A stretch of 64,000 bases of DNA. It comes from Chrysomallon squamiferum. Its lineage: Eukaryota > Animalia > Mollusca. The notes below the pieces were generated by a model, which was not told the DNA's origin, did not search any database, and saw nothing but the letters and a program-made list of their open reading frames with translations. Of the stretch, positions 23,347-38,100 are shown piece after piece. Position numbers and translations under genes: made by a program. Each line of letters opens with the position of its first letter. Position 1 is the stretch's first letter. The stretch is from positions 16,678,001 through 16,742,000 of the forward strand of contig CM022665.1 in NCBI GenBank assembly GCA_012295275.1, written 5' to 3'.

Positions 23347-26300
23347 TCAAGAGTCTGAAGTCTGTAAGTTTGTCTGTCTTAGTTTCTCATAGAGTGAATA
23401 TAATTCTTGAACAGATTCAGCTTCCCAACTGGAATGTTTACTGTAACTGTCTTGCAGATTCTGAAGAGCTTCTCTAAGATTCTGGAAAAAAATTAAACAA
23501 ATAAATAAATAAAAAATAATAATAAATTACTAATTTAAAAAAATAATAAATTAATAATAATAACAATAATAACAAGAACATTCACTGAAGATATAAATCT
23601 GTAACATATTCTAAAAGTAAATGCCTACATTGTTTTTCCAAGACACTTTTAGTTTGTTAGTGTGTTAGAGAGTTAGACGACTAAAAATAATATGGTTTTA
23701 ACTTGTCCTATTACTTATGGATAGTGATTCGATATTGGTACCTACCAGTTTTTGAATTTTGATTTAGATTTTAATCTATTTATTAACACTATTTATTTTA
23801 ACTGAAATACTCAGTTTAAGTTTTATTATAATTATTTTATACAGACCTATGCATTAACCATTTTATATATAATTAATTTAAAGCAGTCTTTTATTATTAT
23901 TATTTTTATTAAAATTTGTTTTTTGTGATTTTGTTGTTTCTTTTTTTTTCTTTTTCTTTTTAAATAAAGCCAAAATCCTATCAGGCTGAATTATAAAACA
24001 ACAACAAAAACAAAGCACCCCCCACCAAAAGAAATATCTGTCGTAAAATATTCTTCACTTCAGTCACATTTGCAATACAAAGAATTATGAAATTATTAAC
24101 ATATACACATCCTCTCACTGCTTTTAATGTTTTCCGTCTTAACAACATTTAACTTTTTTTTTTAAATACAATGGATTTGTGAGTAAACAAAATAACTAAC
24201 ATACCTCCATTTGTTGTAAAAATCTGCGAACTTGTTTTCTTGAACATGGTGTCACATCAGCATCATTCTTCTGAAATGTGTACATATGAATTTTAAATTA
24301 ATATACACATATATACATTACATATATATACATACATACATACATGTATAACTATATATACACGTAAACATTCATTCATCTGAAATGTGTGTATATGAAT
24401 TTTGAATTGATATATACATACATACATACATGCCCACCTACATATACACAATTCTTCTGAAATATGTACATATGAATTTTAAAATAATGATAAATTACAG
24501 ATAAATAGGTATACATAATTTTAAAGATTCAGAATTAGTCTTTCTTGTTCATCTTTACTATCAGTACGTATGTCAATTGAAAAACTAAAAAACTGCTGTA
24601 TGTGTTATCCTTTAATTCCACACCTTTGGATAAAAACTGATGTTAAGAGGTATGCAAAAGTAAAAAATAGCAACCATGAAGTGTTCTTTGAGTTAATTAT
24701 ACTTTAATATTAACAAAGATTGGGCTCCAGTATTAAAAAATTAAAACAATCTCACAAATAAACAAATAAAATTATAAATCCTAAGGAAACAAAATGGGTT
24801 TGGGCTTTTTGTGAGCATCATCCATACTTTAATAACAAATAAATAAATCAATCAATCTGAACTATTTAAAATATGTATCTGTAAATATTTACTTTAAATG
24901 GGTAATGCATTTACCTGTAGTCTATTAATGACAGCCATCCTACACCTAGCAACTAGAGGCAGGCTGTCTGATCTAACACACACTGTCACAATGTTGCTGC
25001 TGCTGCAGTTGCCACTGCTATTGTTGCTGTTGTTGTCCGAAGATGTTTCTTTCTTAACAGAAAGTGCCAGGGTGTTTCCGCTTGGATCAAGAAACTGACC
25101 TTGTCCGTGTTGTAAATTATCTGTATTAATTTGTGAGTCTTGAAGAAGGAACCGTAATATTTGTTCTGGCGTACAGTCATCTATTTAAAATAAAATTTAG
25201 ACTAATGACAGTGAAACATCTACAACAGAGTTAAAAATTAATACAAATATGAATCTGTCTCACTGCATCATCTCAGCTCTGAGGTCTTAAGTACAAGAAA
25301 AAAAAAAAAAAGAATCAGAAACGAGTAAAATTTACTTCATGATTGTCTGTAGTCAGTTTGCAAAAAGTGTACGGGACTAGTAACTGTTGTTGTTTAAGCT
25401 GGTCATATTCAGTAATTTTTGTGTAAATATGATTATTATTAGTTAAAATATAATTGTATTAAAAGAATATATCCAGTGATCATATGCAGTGTTTTGCAGA
25501 TCCAAAAAGATGATTAATATTAGTGAAAAAGTAATAAATCAAATGAAGTCTGTAAGAGTTGTATGTTTTGTAAACTGAAAATATTAAGATTAAAGAATTT
25601 GTAACTTTTTAAATAATTACTGTAAATTTTAAACTTGGTTATTAACATTTAACAAAATATAGAGTATTTGTTGCACTAACTTAAAATAAATGATCATTAC
25701 AGTTTGGATTATTTAAAAATAAACTAATCTACAAACCTTCATGAAAATCAGACGGTAAAGAAGAAAATGGTAACAAAATTTCAGCTGAGTAAACTTTATG
25801 AGAGCAGCTGTCCAATTTGGGTTTGGAATCACCAAGATGATTCAAATCACTTATGTAACTGGAATCACCATAATGCCTATTATATGCCAGTTTCTTCAGA
25901 GTTTCATCAAAACTGATGGAGTATCCTGGAGGAGTGGAGTCTTCTCCAATAAAAGAGAAGATATCTATCACATGAGAGGACACAAATAATGGAAGATGGA
26001 GAGGCGTCTCAGAACCAGTTTCAAGAAAGGTTTTATCAAGATTAACAACAAGCTGAACTGTAACTTTGAAATCTGACATCCTGATAAACTTTTCTGAAAG
26101 AGGAATCTTCATCAGAAAGTCTGTCTTAGCTTTCAAACCACTGAATAATGGAAAATCATGAGATTCCAGTTCAGTTTCTGATTGGTTGTTTGTTGTGATG
26201 AGAATATTAATGTTCCAGTCTGGTGATAATGATGCAGGGCTTTCATTGGTTAATGTGACTGAGAGGCAGTACTGCTTACTGTAGCCACACCTATAGGATT

Positions 26301-29089
26301 CCAAACTGCAATGTGACCTTATCAGTCGTGACCTTTGAACCTTCTTTTCTTCAGATATCAAGTGTGATGCCATGTTCAGCTGTTGTAGAAGTATATTGAG
26401 ATGGTTCTGTTGTTTCTGAATGTAGGTTCTTCTTTTGCTGTTGCTGTCAAGGCCCATTAGTAATTCTTTCATTGTAAGTGACCTTGACTGGAGAGTGAAT
26501 TTTGTGGGGTGGGTGTCAAGGATATACAGGTCACCAGTTTCTGTATAGCACAACATGCACTCCTCTAAAAACAAGTAAGAAAAAACAAATTAATATATTT
26601 GAAATAATAATAATAATAATAAAATGTCAATTTATATTGAATTTGTTCTCCTTCTAAAACTGTTTTTAAAAAAAAAAATTTATAGCTAGTAATATTTGAT
26701 TCTGTTTCATTATTTTATTTTTAAATGGTTAGAATATTTCCACAATTTATTTAATACATTCTTGAGTTAAGTATTTCTGGAATGATATCATCTGGTTATC
26801 TTGTAGTAACTTTCACTTATTTCACTGGTTATTTATATTAGAAATTTTGTCTTTGGAATGAATAAATCAATCAATGAACTATTTTTGGTTAAACAGAATA
26901 TATCAGGTATTCAGATTATGGTTTTAATAAGTTAAGTGTTTTGTTGGGTATTCCTAAAACAAATCCTTTTAGTGGAATTTGAATTAACTGATATATTACA
27001 AAACTCACCAGATTTTACTGGTCCAGGCACAAAAGCCATCTGAGAGATACTGATATCATGAATAATCTCAGTCTGGATGGAGAAAGTAATATCTTCTTTC
27101 CCTTCATCACAGATTTTGATGATTGTTGACCTAAACACAGACATTTTAGAACAGTGGAAAAGATATTTCCCTTGACAACTCCAGCTTAACACTGGACCAT
27201 GAACAGCTAAACTGCAAAATGTTACTGATCCATTAGAATTTTCTCCCACTACAACCACTTTCCCCATCTCACAACAAATCAAAATGACATCGTTTGAACC
27301 TTTTTCAGACTGGCACATCAATGGAAACAGTGTTGGGTCAGAGGTCACTGTCTCACTCTCATCCAAATTGATGCATGCGATGTAGGAGATGCAACTACCT
27401 GTTTCACTGAACATCTTCCAGTGATCTGATTCAGACAACTCTTGTTCTGATAACTGCTGAGAGTACATACGACCATCAGGAGTTGAAATTACAAGGACAG
27501 GGAAACCACTTAGTGCTGCTTCTTTACCAAACAAAACTGAAAACATCTGAGTTGAGATTACTATAGATGATGATGAAGTCTTACAAGATTTGGTATACGT
27601 CTCTGACACAACCAAATACAAAGAAAACTTGGACCCATCTTCATCAAAACAATCATATTTAAAATTTAACTCGTATCTAGTAATTAATGATAAACACTCT
27701 CTGCTTCCCGTTTGTTTTGTTTTCAGGCTGTAATAAGATATACTGAAGTTTTTATCTTTCTGTTCCAAGCACCACAAGTGAGTGTCCACAACAGCAAGAC
27801 ATAAAATGTCACTGTTTTCCTGAAGAATAGTGTAACTGTCTTTCAAAACAAAAACAGGTTCAGATGTGGGAATCAAAGTTCCAGAAAATGGGTGGACAAT
27901 ATCATTGTCAAGTAGATCGTCAAATATTTCTTGATTTGAAATATCAGCTTCATCTCTGAAATATATTATCAATTAGAATTATAAATCATCAGCTGCTATA
28001 TCTTTAATGTTAGAAATATGATTATTTTTATTTTATTTTATTTGAGTATTCTCCAATTAATTCTATGTTCCAGTAACAATTTTCAATGTTTTATTGGACA
28101 TGCTTTTGCAACAACAAAAAGTAATAATAATAATAATAATAACAATAATGGTAAAAATAATAAAATAAATAAATAAATAAAATTAAATACTAATTAATTT
28201 AAAAAAATGTTTTGCTGTTGTTTTTTCAATTAGTACCTCTTCAAAAAATATTTTAATTTAGATAAGAATAAAATATGATTATACATTAATAAAATTATTA
28301 TTATAATTATTATTTACTGTCTCACTTTGTAACATACTTTGTAGATATTTGTCCTGTATGTTCATATGTCCTGGTGTCATTCTCTGTGATACGGTACACA
28401 CAGTTTGCAGTAGCCACCCAGAATTCCAATTCATCATTGTTGTAGTTCAAAACAACATTTGTTACAGGACTTGGGCTTTTTATAATCAGCTGCAAAAATA
28501 ATAAAAATGTACGTTTACATTTTTTTATTATTATTATTCTTAGTGAACTATAGGCCTCTAGTTGTCTATATGGGGGGGGGCGGACAGAGGAATTAAACAT
28601 GTATTATGATTATCTATCAAATATTTCTGGTAAAGTAATTTATATTTATGTTCAGATTTTACTAGCTCGAAATGTTGATGAATATTTGTATAGCAATTGA
28701 CATCTAGCATTGCAAATTATTGTTGTTGTTTAATCTGCAGTCGGCCTACAATTACATTAACAATGATCTTAATTATAAATTTTCATATTCAGGAAGTTTA
28801 TCCGTGTTTCTATACACGTGCTGTGAAATGCGTTATACTTTCACCTGTCTTTTTATATTTTCATACTGATGAATAAACTGCCCGCCAAAGACAAATGCTG
28901 AAATCTGAATAGTATCACTTTTTCTTAATGAAACCATTAGCAATTATTAAGAATAAAAAATCCGCGAACATTAATTTTGTTTTTCGCGCAAATAGTTGTC
29001 TGCGCTTGAAAGAGGTTTACCTTAAAACACGGACTTTTTCTTATGCCATTCTAATATTCCTTATAAATGCGATCAACAAAAACAACAAC

Positions 29090-29140
<51 letters not shown>

Positions 29141-29455
29141 TTTAAAATGAAAAGAAAAATAATAATAAAGTAAAATTAGACTTTGAAAAACGTAACTATG
29201 TTTGATCATGATTATTAAATTATATTTTTTCGCAAAAATGTGAACTGTTTCTCTAATACATATTTCACCCATCAAAATCTTTATCTATTATTGAAAGATC
29301 AATAAAGACAAAACTAACGATGGCAAAATAAGATAACGATAAATCTCAAAAACATTTGTTAACCTAATGACACCCCAATAACTGTCCTTAGTTTGAAATC
29401 GCTCGTTATCAAAGTATCTTTTGATGTAAATTTTAATTTTGTACCACGATGTCAT
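23347..29455 (-). CDS. FAAP100: Fanconi anemia core complex-associated protein 100 (~854 aa)
   Basis: Phase-consistent exons 29364-29455, 28845-28923, 28338-28489, 27009-27955, 25737-26564, 24915-25180, 24205-24270, 23347-23481. Motifs MFSVLFGKEAALSGFPVLVISTPDG, HGPVLSWSC, MKELLMGL, SDSLPLVARCRMAVINRLQ and terminal LYSLYEKLRQ parallel human FAAP100 as recalled (LFGLLFGADATLLQSPVVLCGLPDG, PGPVLCAAC, IKELLSGI, AVVGRMQ, LLQVYRQLRH). The first exon is the least certain; an alternative ATG exists at 28937. AATAAA (minus strand) at 23150-23155. Confidence 0.88.
24266..24490. repeat. Triplicated ~40-bp segment containing the FAAP100 exon 7 acceptor
   Basis: TCTGAAAT(G/A)TGT(A/G)(C/T)ATATGAATTTT(A/G)AA at about 24270, 24379 and 24456. 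Confidence 0.7.
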
Positions 29456-29896
29456 CAAGATCAGTTCTCTCAAAATAACAAAATAAAATTATTAGCAAAG
29501 CCAGCACGAACGTCCCTAAAAAAAGATTTTTCACACTCAATTTAAATTGTTAATAATATTCAGAATGAAATGTATGCCTTTCATTTTCTGTGTCAAAGAT
29601 GTGAATACAAAACTCAAAACTGACCGCTGTTCTTTTCCTTTTCTTAAATTATTATTATTATTATTTCAATTTTCATTCACATTTTATTCTAGGGGATTTC
29701 GACACTTCGAAGACCGCTGGAGTTTGTACATGTCATCTTCCGGGTTATCTCCCTTCAGTTGGTTTTGAAGAAAGAAAAATCGTGACTTACAGGATTTATC
29801 TGTACTACTGTTGCTGCTGCTGTTGTTGTTGTTGTTAAAATAATAAAAAGACGAAATTATGTTAATTTGTATAAGTAAATGAATGCTATTTTAAAT

Positions 29897-29959
<63 letters not shown>

Positions 29960-30799
29960 GAACTGATAAATCTAACATTAAATATCTCAGCAGTGATTTT
30001 TGCTTGTTATAAGTTAGAAAACAATTAATATGTTTCATTCTCTCTAACAAGGAAAAAGAAGGTTGGAAATAAGAAATTTGTTTTCCTAATCATTTTGTTT
30101 TATTACTGTAGCTCGAAGATTATGCAAATTCTAACTGTTGTTATTATACTAATTTTTTTTTTAAATCTCAAACTAAAGAAATTAATGGCGCAATACATTG
30201 CGAACATTCCATCCGTATTGTTTAATACGACTCAGCATGGCTCCAATTACTATAAGGCTTTTTCGCGAATTGCCTCATGGGTGCGAAATAAATAGTAATC
30301 ATACAGAAAAGTTTTATTGAATTTTGGGTCAAACGGCAATATATTATAATAATTTGCCCACAAACACAGCAGGACTGTGATCGTGATCATTTATTATCTC
30401 CCTTTATGGGTTATTACAATCTCATCTATCGCTTTTCATTGTCTCCGAAACTGCGGCCACTCCTCATCAGCTATTGGATATGAGAACATGCCTGCATAGT
30501 GGGGGCTAGCTCTGTCGAAAACGCCCCTTTTTGACTGTTCTTTCGGAAAGTATTTCTATAAAAGAATCCTGTTTGCATAATTTAAATCATAAAAAATAAA
30601 TAATACTAATAATAAACAAATAAACAGCGCCAGTTTGTCTCCTGGCTTCAGTATAGTTTTTCTATTTATAACAGTACATGACTCCTTTTTTCTTTCTTTT
30701 CTTTTGTTTAGAAATTATTATTATTTTATTATTATTACAGCCAATCTTACGCAGTAGAATGATAAAAAAAAAAATAATAATAATAGCAAATGAATAAAC

Positions 30800-30840
<41 letters not shown>

Positions 30841-31153
30841 TAATACAAAAAGAAAGAAAGAAAGAAATCGAAAGTTTGACTGTTGACATCAGGATTAAAG
30901 CTTGTAGGTAATGGCTCCAAAATGATTTAATAAGAATTAAGAAAACAAAACAATGTTACAGATAGTGAATTTTATTTTTCACGAACATAGAAATTGCTAT
31001 TTTGTTGCATCCATAAGAACACAATTCTATTGCCATGGAAATAAACCCGAGAACAAAAACTGACTGGAATATTTCTTTGTTAATGTAACTAATGATAAAA
31101 CATTTTCTTCTTCCTTTTTTATTTATTTATTTTATCTATTTATTTTTCTTTAA

Positions 31154-31217
<64 letters not shown>

Positions 31218-33692
31218 AAAAAATTAGCTGTTTTTTAATTTTTAAGTTTTAATTATAATACGTTTCATATTTTAATACTTGTTGTGACATCACAAGTAGA
31301 AATAATGGAATATTTACAATGTCTATTATACTTTATTATAACTATTATTATAGGCTGGCTTCTGTTAAATGAAGCAATAACTTAGAAATAATAGTAATAT
31401 ACATTATGTGATCAAAGGTGTGTTTTTTTTTTTTTTAGGCTTTGAACACACACATACACAGACATACATATGTTTATTCATAACTGAATGAATATATTTA
31501 TATTATAAAGTTCCTATTGTTTGGAAAACAGTTGAATATCATTAAACACACTCGTAAGTGTATATGGTTTCTTTATGTATATTTTTGTATCTTTAATAGC
31601 ATTTAAACTACAATTTCACATTTATTCTCTATCTGCATGATGTAAAGAAAAGTTAACCATAAAATCCCACGATTCATAACCTTTATCAAAGACTCATTGA
31701 CAAAAAAGTCCAACATTAAACATATATATTTTTTTATCGTCGTAAATGTATAATGTGCCAAGAATGCATTTTCAAACGAAAACTTCACAATTTAGTTATT
31801 ATGCTCATCTTAATTATTAGTTATTATTCTCTTATTATTCACATTTTAACACTATGTACCCGTGGCCACCCGGGATAAAATGATAACCCTGAACGTGGAT
31901 AATTCAATCTACATCGTTAATTTTGTCTTAGTATGGGCTCCATTACGGAACAGTTCGTGCGTAGCCGAAGCTGTTTGTTTTCAATCAGAGGTCATCTTTG
32001 AATCGTCGTAAATTCAACCCACACTGAGATGAGGAACATTTTAATCCCGTGTCGTCGAGGAAAAGTGTTTTATGGCTTTTATATTGCTGTAAAATTTGTT
32101 ATTCAGTAGTCCACGTTCTTCTTTTATTTCTTGTTTGTTTGCTTTTTATGTGCATCCTCTCAAAAGTCATAGTACTTTCAGGTATTGTTTCTTCAATTTG
32201 GTCACTAATTACTGTAAATTGTTCTCTGTTTTTCTTTTTCATCTTTTTCTTTTACCTTTCTATAAATATCCTAATATCTTTTGAAATATAAAATATAATT
32301 TAAAATTTAACGAGTAATTTGAAAGTACATTTGATTTTCTCTCTCTCTTATTTTATTAACTTTTTTGGTGACAAATGATAAAAGGTTATCATGATTTTTG
32401 TAGGTCATAATAACTTTTCCTTTTTTTTTTACGTTTTTATAAAAAGAGAAACGCAATTAAAAATAATTATCATATGGTCAAATTTTGGTCACTCTGTCTG
32501 GTCACTACATTCGAATGACCTTTCAAGGTGACAAGCAAACTCTACGAAGAGGACATCGATTAATTAAGTTTGGCTTACTTTGTCAGGAAAAAGACGTCAT
32601 TAGTAATCCCCGGTGTCATACTTATTTGTGCCCATGACACATTAGTCTGAACCGGAAACTACCATGAGTTCATTTAGGCAATAGCCGTTTTTGAATGAAT
32701 GAATGATAATAATCCTTAATTTATTCATCAACATCATGGTAATTTTAAAATAATAATATTAAATAATGATTGTGATAATAAAAGGAAAAAGAATACGAAA
32801 AAAAAAAAAAAAAAAAAAGCATAAAAAACCCACAGAAAATGATTATCATTATAAAATATTTATTAATAAATAAATAAACAAATAAGTAAATAAATAAATA
32901 AATGTTAATTAATTAACTAAAAATATAAATAAATAAGCATTCTCTTAATACCATTACATACTGCACCCTTTCTATGCACATCCGGTGCAATAGTTTCCGC
33001 TAATGAATAGACTGTTTGAACAAACGAAGACAAAAATGTATGCGCATAAAATTTGCACTCACAGTAATCACGGATGAAACAGAGACCGACTGATTTTCCT
33101 GTCACTTTGTTGTTCTGCTTGCCTGAATGTTTCCCCAAAACGAACAGGAAAACAGATATATAGACAGACGTACAGGTCATATGATATAAATATGTTTTTT
33201 GTTTGGTGATATGAAAAAAAAAAAAAAAAAAAAATTGTTTTATAATTTCCAAGTTATTTTCTATTATTTTGTTTATCACAGTTTACAAATATCAAGCGAC
33301 GGCACTTTTTTTGTAGTCGTTCTGAAGTTTCTTGTATTATTGTTCGATAAATGGAGCTATTAGTCAAATTGTCAACGATGTACGTGATGACGTGAAAGGG
33401 TTCAAATTTTTGTTAGCAGTATTATTTTATTGTACTTACTTCGTTATTAGCCTAAAACAATAAAATAATAACCTGCAAGTGCTGATTTACTCGTTACGGC
33501 AGAGGTATACTTTAATACAAGGACTGGTAAACGGGACTTGTTTGCTTCAAAGCGACATCAGCATCAAACTACATGGATTTTCACAGAGAAAAAAACTTCA
33601 TATAACTTGAATAGCTGTGGTCGATTACTTTCTGTGACTAAATTGTCACAAATACCAGCGTTCATATTTATTTTATTATTATTATATATGCA

Positions 33693-33785
<93 letters not shown>

Positions 33786-34223
33786 TAATAAATGAATATA
33801 TGATTCGATATTTTAACAAACGAACAAAAAAAGATAAGACTTCAAATAACATCTTACGTTTGATTACACAGGAATTTCACATTACAAAAGGAAAAGAGTT
33901 ACTGGTATTTAAAATTTTAAAACCCATAAAAAATTCAAATTGAATCTGAACCGAATTGCTGGTTTCGGTTATGTTGCTTATTCATTTTGATTTAATTATT
34001 TTGCTACATATCCGGTAGCATTTACACGACAACCGTGTGTTAAAGCAATTTTTTCCTTGTTCTCAACTGTCCGACACTTTATTTTTTTATTGTATTCTTG
34101 CTTAATGAATTATAATAGTTCTTCCTATATAACAATTATTTTCATGAACTAAAATTCTCAGACGTGCTGAGAATTAATCAAAACTATAACAGAATGGAAA
34201 TATTTTTAAAATTCGATGCTAAA

Positions 34224-34352
<129 letters not shown>

Positions 34353-34931
34353 CTTGCTCAGAAATATTGCAAAGATGGGCGTACTGTTTTTCTAGAGAGT
34401 TTTAAGCAGAGCCGAAAGACAAGTCAAATGCCTAATCTGATGACCTGTTTACCACGGAACTTTCAGTATCAGTACCAACGACCACAGAGACAGACAGATA
34501 GACAGACTGACGGACAAGTCTAGTGGCTCACTGCTATATTGAATGATCTGTCGCCACAAAACTTTCTTCATCAGTACCAACGACCACAGAGACAGACAGA
34601 CAGAGAGACAAGTCAAATGACTTTAACGGAACTTAAACTGGATGTACTTTTTGCCAAAAACCTTCCTTGAAATGATTTATTATGAACCATCTTGACAGAC
34701 ATTTCGCGAAGATTGACAATGTACGTGTTTATTACCATAAATATGTTTCGTATCATGATGAATAACTAAATTGAAATGTGGAAGAACAGGAAAAAATATT
34801 TTTCTCTTTCATCATTTGTCACAGCAATAAATCTAGAATAGAGACATTTGACCAGAAACTGTGGTGTGGCAACCTTAAGTTTGATGACAGTTTGAAAAAA
34901 AAAAAAAACCCACTAAAACCTGCAAAAGCAA

Positions 34932-34978
<47 letters not shown>

Positions 34979-35124
34979 ATATATAAATATATAAAAAAAT
35001 TGAACCCATAACAGAAATGGGGGAAGAATAATAATAAGAAAAAAGATGTTAAGTACAGAAAGAATTAAATGAAATCATTTACACACACATACACACAAAC
35101 ACACACATATATACGCATACGCAT

Positions 35125-35164
<40 letters not shown>

Positions 35165-38100
35165 ACACTCACACACACACACACACCTGATAATAAATCT
35201 GAGCTTGGAAAATAACATATCCACTGCTGTAATGAAGAAGACTTAATGAAACACCGGTGGATTTTTCTCTCACCTGTACTAAAGTTATTTTGAAATATTA
35301 TTAAAGAAATATCCATCGACTGATTTAATTTGTAATTGGCGAATTCTTCCTACAGTAATTATTTGCATACTAGATAATCAGAGCCATAGATCGGACATAT
35401 AATAACCGTTAATATTAGAATGTGTTGAGATTGCGTTAAACCAGTGTTCCTTTATTCATTCATAATTGGTGTTCAACATCCAGAACGAACTTACAGATAA
35501 CGCATAGCGAACCCAACCCAAGGAATAACTATCATATTTAATCCCATAAAGAGAATTCTGTATCCAGTGTTTGACAGTTGAGAAACAACATACACAAAAG
35601 GCTCTTAAGGGTAACCACATATTGTGAAAGTGGCGTACATTTGAATTAATCAAAAGAACGTAACGAGCGAATTGCTAGTTCAACTATCCGATGTACGTCA
35701 CTATCTGACAGGTTGACTGATAATAAGAACAGACATTATTTAAAGACAAACAATTAAGAATAGAGCAGATACTCAAATTATATACCTCTTCACTGTTGGC
35801 TATTATCAAACACCATTCTTTAATAAAAAGGCGTTAATACTTTTATCCGAAGATCTAACTTTGTTAAGACTCTGAAATGTGTATTTGAGTTTCATACTTC
35901 TATTAATGTTCCCTTTGATTTAATCCTGGATTATAACAGTTTCACGAACTGCTTCTCTCTCCAGGTTCTCGTATCTTAAACACACATACTCACAAACACA
36001 CACAAACAGAAAAAAACATATACATACATACACATACACACACAACATATACACACAAGCACAAACACAAACACATACATCCAAACCTACACACACACAC
36101 GCAAAAACAGAAACACGTGCATATATATTATACGCACATACAAATACTCGAAATAAAGATACATTCTTTCAGTATAAAACACGGAAACACGAGCATATGC
36201 ATATGCTTCTCGTACAGGCAGAGTTAGTGAACCTTTTTGAAACGTGTAAACATCATTTCAACAAAAATACGTCCACCACAGTCCACAAGCTTTTCTACAA
36301 AAGACAGTGTTAATATGTCAGATGGTTAGTTAGAGAAATACGTTAGCCGTAATTAGGAGTTGTTGGCCATTCTGTATGGGTGTGTGTGATATGTGTGTGT
36401 AATATGTAGATATGTAGATTATGTATGTATGTATGTATGTATGCATGAATGCATGTATGCATGTATCCGTCCTATTTTTTGAAGCGTTGTCCATGTTTTT
36501 GACATGCTTCCATCAATGAACGGTATACGCAAGCCTGGCGTTGCCGTTACCTTCACGAGACAGATACACAGTGCTTCCACAATTACGTAATTTTTCCGTG
36601 ACAGATTAAAAATGTTACTGCTTTAAGTTTATCACGTGAACTGCACGATTACATCAATATAGTGAGAAGTTTGGAGTAATTTAATTTTGACCGCGAACTC
36701 TTTAACTTACGTCTGCCGCCCGCGGCTTAATGATATCATAAAAACGAGCGTCACCCAAAGCGAGGCCAGAGTGAAATTGACAGCGAAGTAAGCAAGACGT
36801 TCTGCGCACTCTTGATTTATTAACAATAATTTTATTAGGATACCGTACATGATGGCAAAGGTAAGAGAGATTATTATTATTATTATTATTATTATTATCA
36901 TCATCATCATTAATATATTTATTAACTATATGTATTATTTATTTTTCGTAAATATGTCCAGCGTATATTGACAATTTTGTTTTTTCAGTTTTATGAAAAT
37001 TCAAACTGAAAATTTAATTTTTTTCTGTTAAAAATTTAAAATGGCTTTTACTTTTTAACCAGTTACAAAATATCAATTATAATTACGTTTTTCACAGAGA
37101 AAATATTAATATTCAGATTATTTTATGTGTCAAAGATAAATGTAATAAATATAACTTAAAACTATCGACACTTCTAAATGCATTGCACATATAATAATAA
37201 TTCATTAAAAATATTTTAAAAATTATTCATTTCGCCCTCGTTTTCGTTCTAGCGCTTTTATTTTATTATTATATTTTGAGAAAGGCACTTCTAATTTCAT
37301 TTTCATTAACCAACATAATTAATACATAATTATATTTACACAAGCTGTAATTTTTTTCATTATTATTATTATTCCGTTCTAGTTTTAGAAACTTACCCTG
37401 TGGGGAACAGAAGTAGCTATAAATACAACATAAAAACATTATCGAAGAAAAAAAAAAAAGAAACAATTTAAAAAAAAAAAAAAAAAATTTCACCCCTCAG
37501 GGCAAAATTATCGAAGTATAAAAATCCGATATTAAAAATTAACATGTAATAATACAGGATTAGTTTACGAAGCTACGATATTTAATATAGATAAGTAAAA
37601 CAGTAATATTATAAAATATAACTAGTTAATAACTAGTGTATCAGTAATATAAATAGTTGATATAGATATGTGAAACTAGAATATCAGTAATATAACTAGT
37701 TAATACAGATACATAAAACAAATTGAAACAAACTGAAAAAAAAAAAAGAAAAAAAAAAGGTAGTCCATATAATAATAGAGTAGTAATAATAATAATAATA
37801 TATTAAATTTTCTTTTCTTAATTATTATTCAGCCGATACACAAGAATTTAGCCAATAATAATAACAATGCATTTTTATGAATAATATTGAAGTTATTTAG
37901 ATTGTTCGATTCACTGTTCCTCTTCTTAATGTTAATATTGTTAATAATAATCTATGAACATTTTAAAAATGAATTTTTCTCAATTTATAAAATCATTCTT
38001 AGACGCCATCTGTTCGGTCTTTTGAAATTCGTCTCTCTACACAGAAAGAACTGTTACAAATCATTAACGGAAGGATATTTTCTTGAATGCAGTTATTTAA

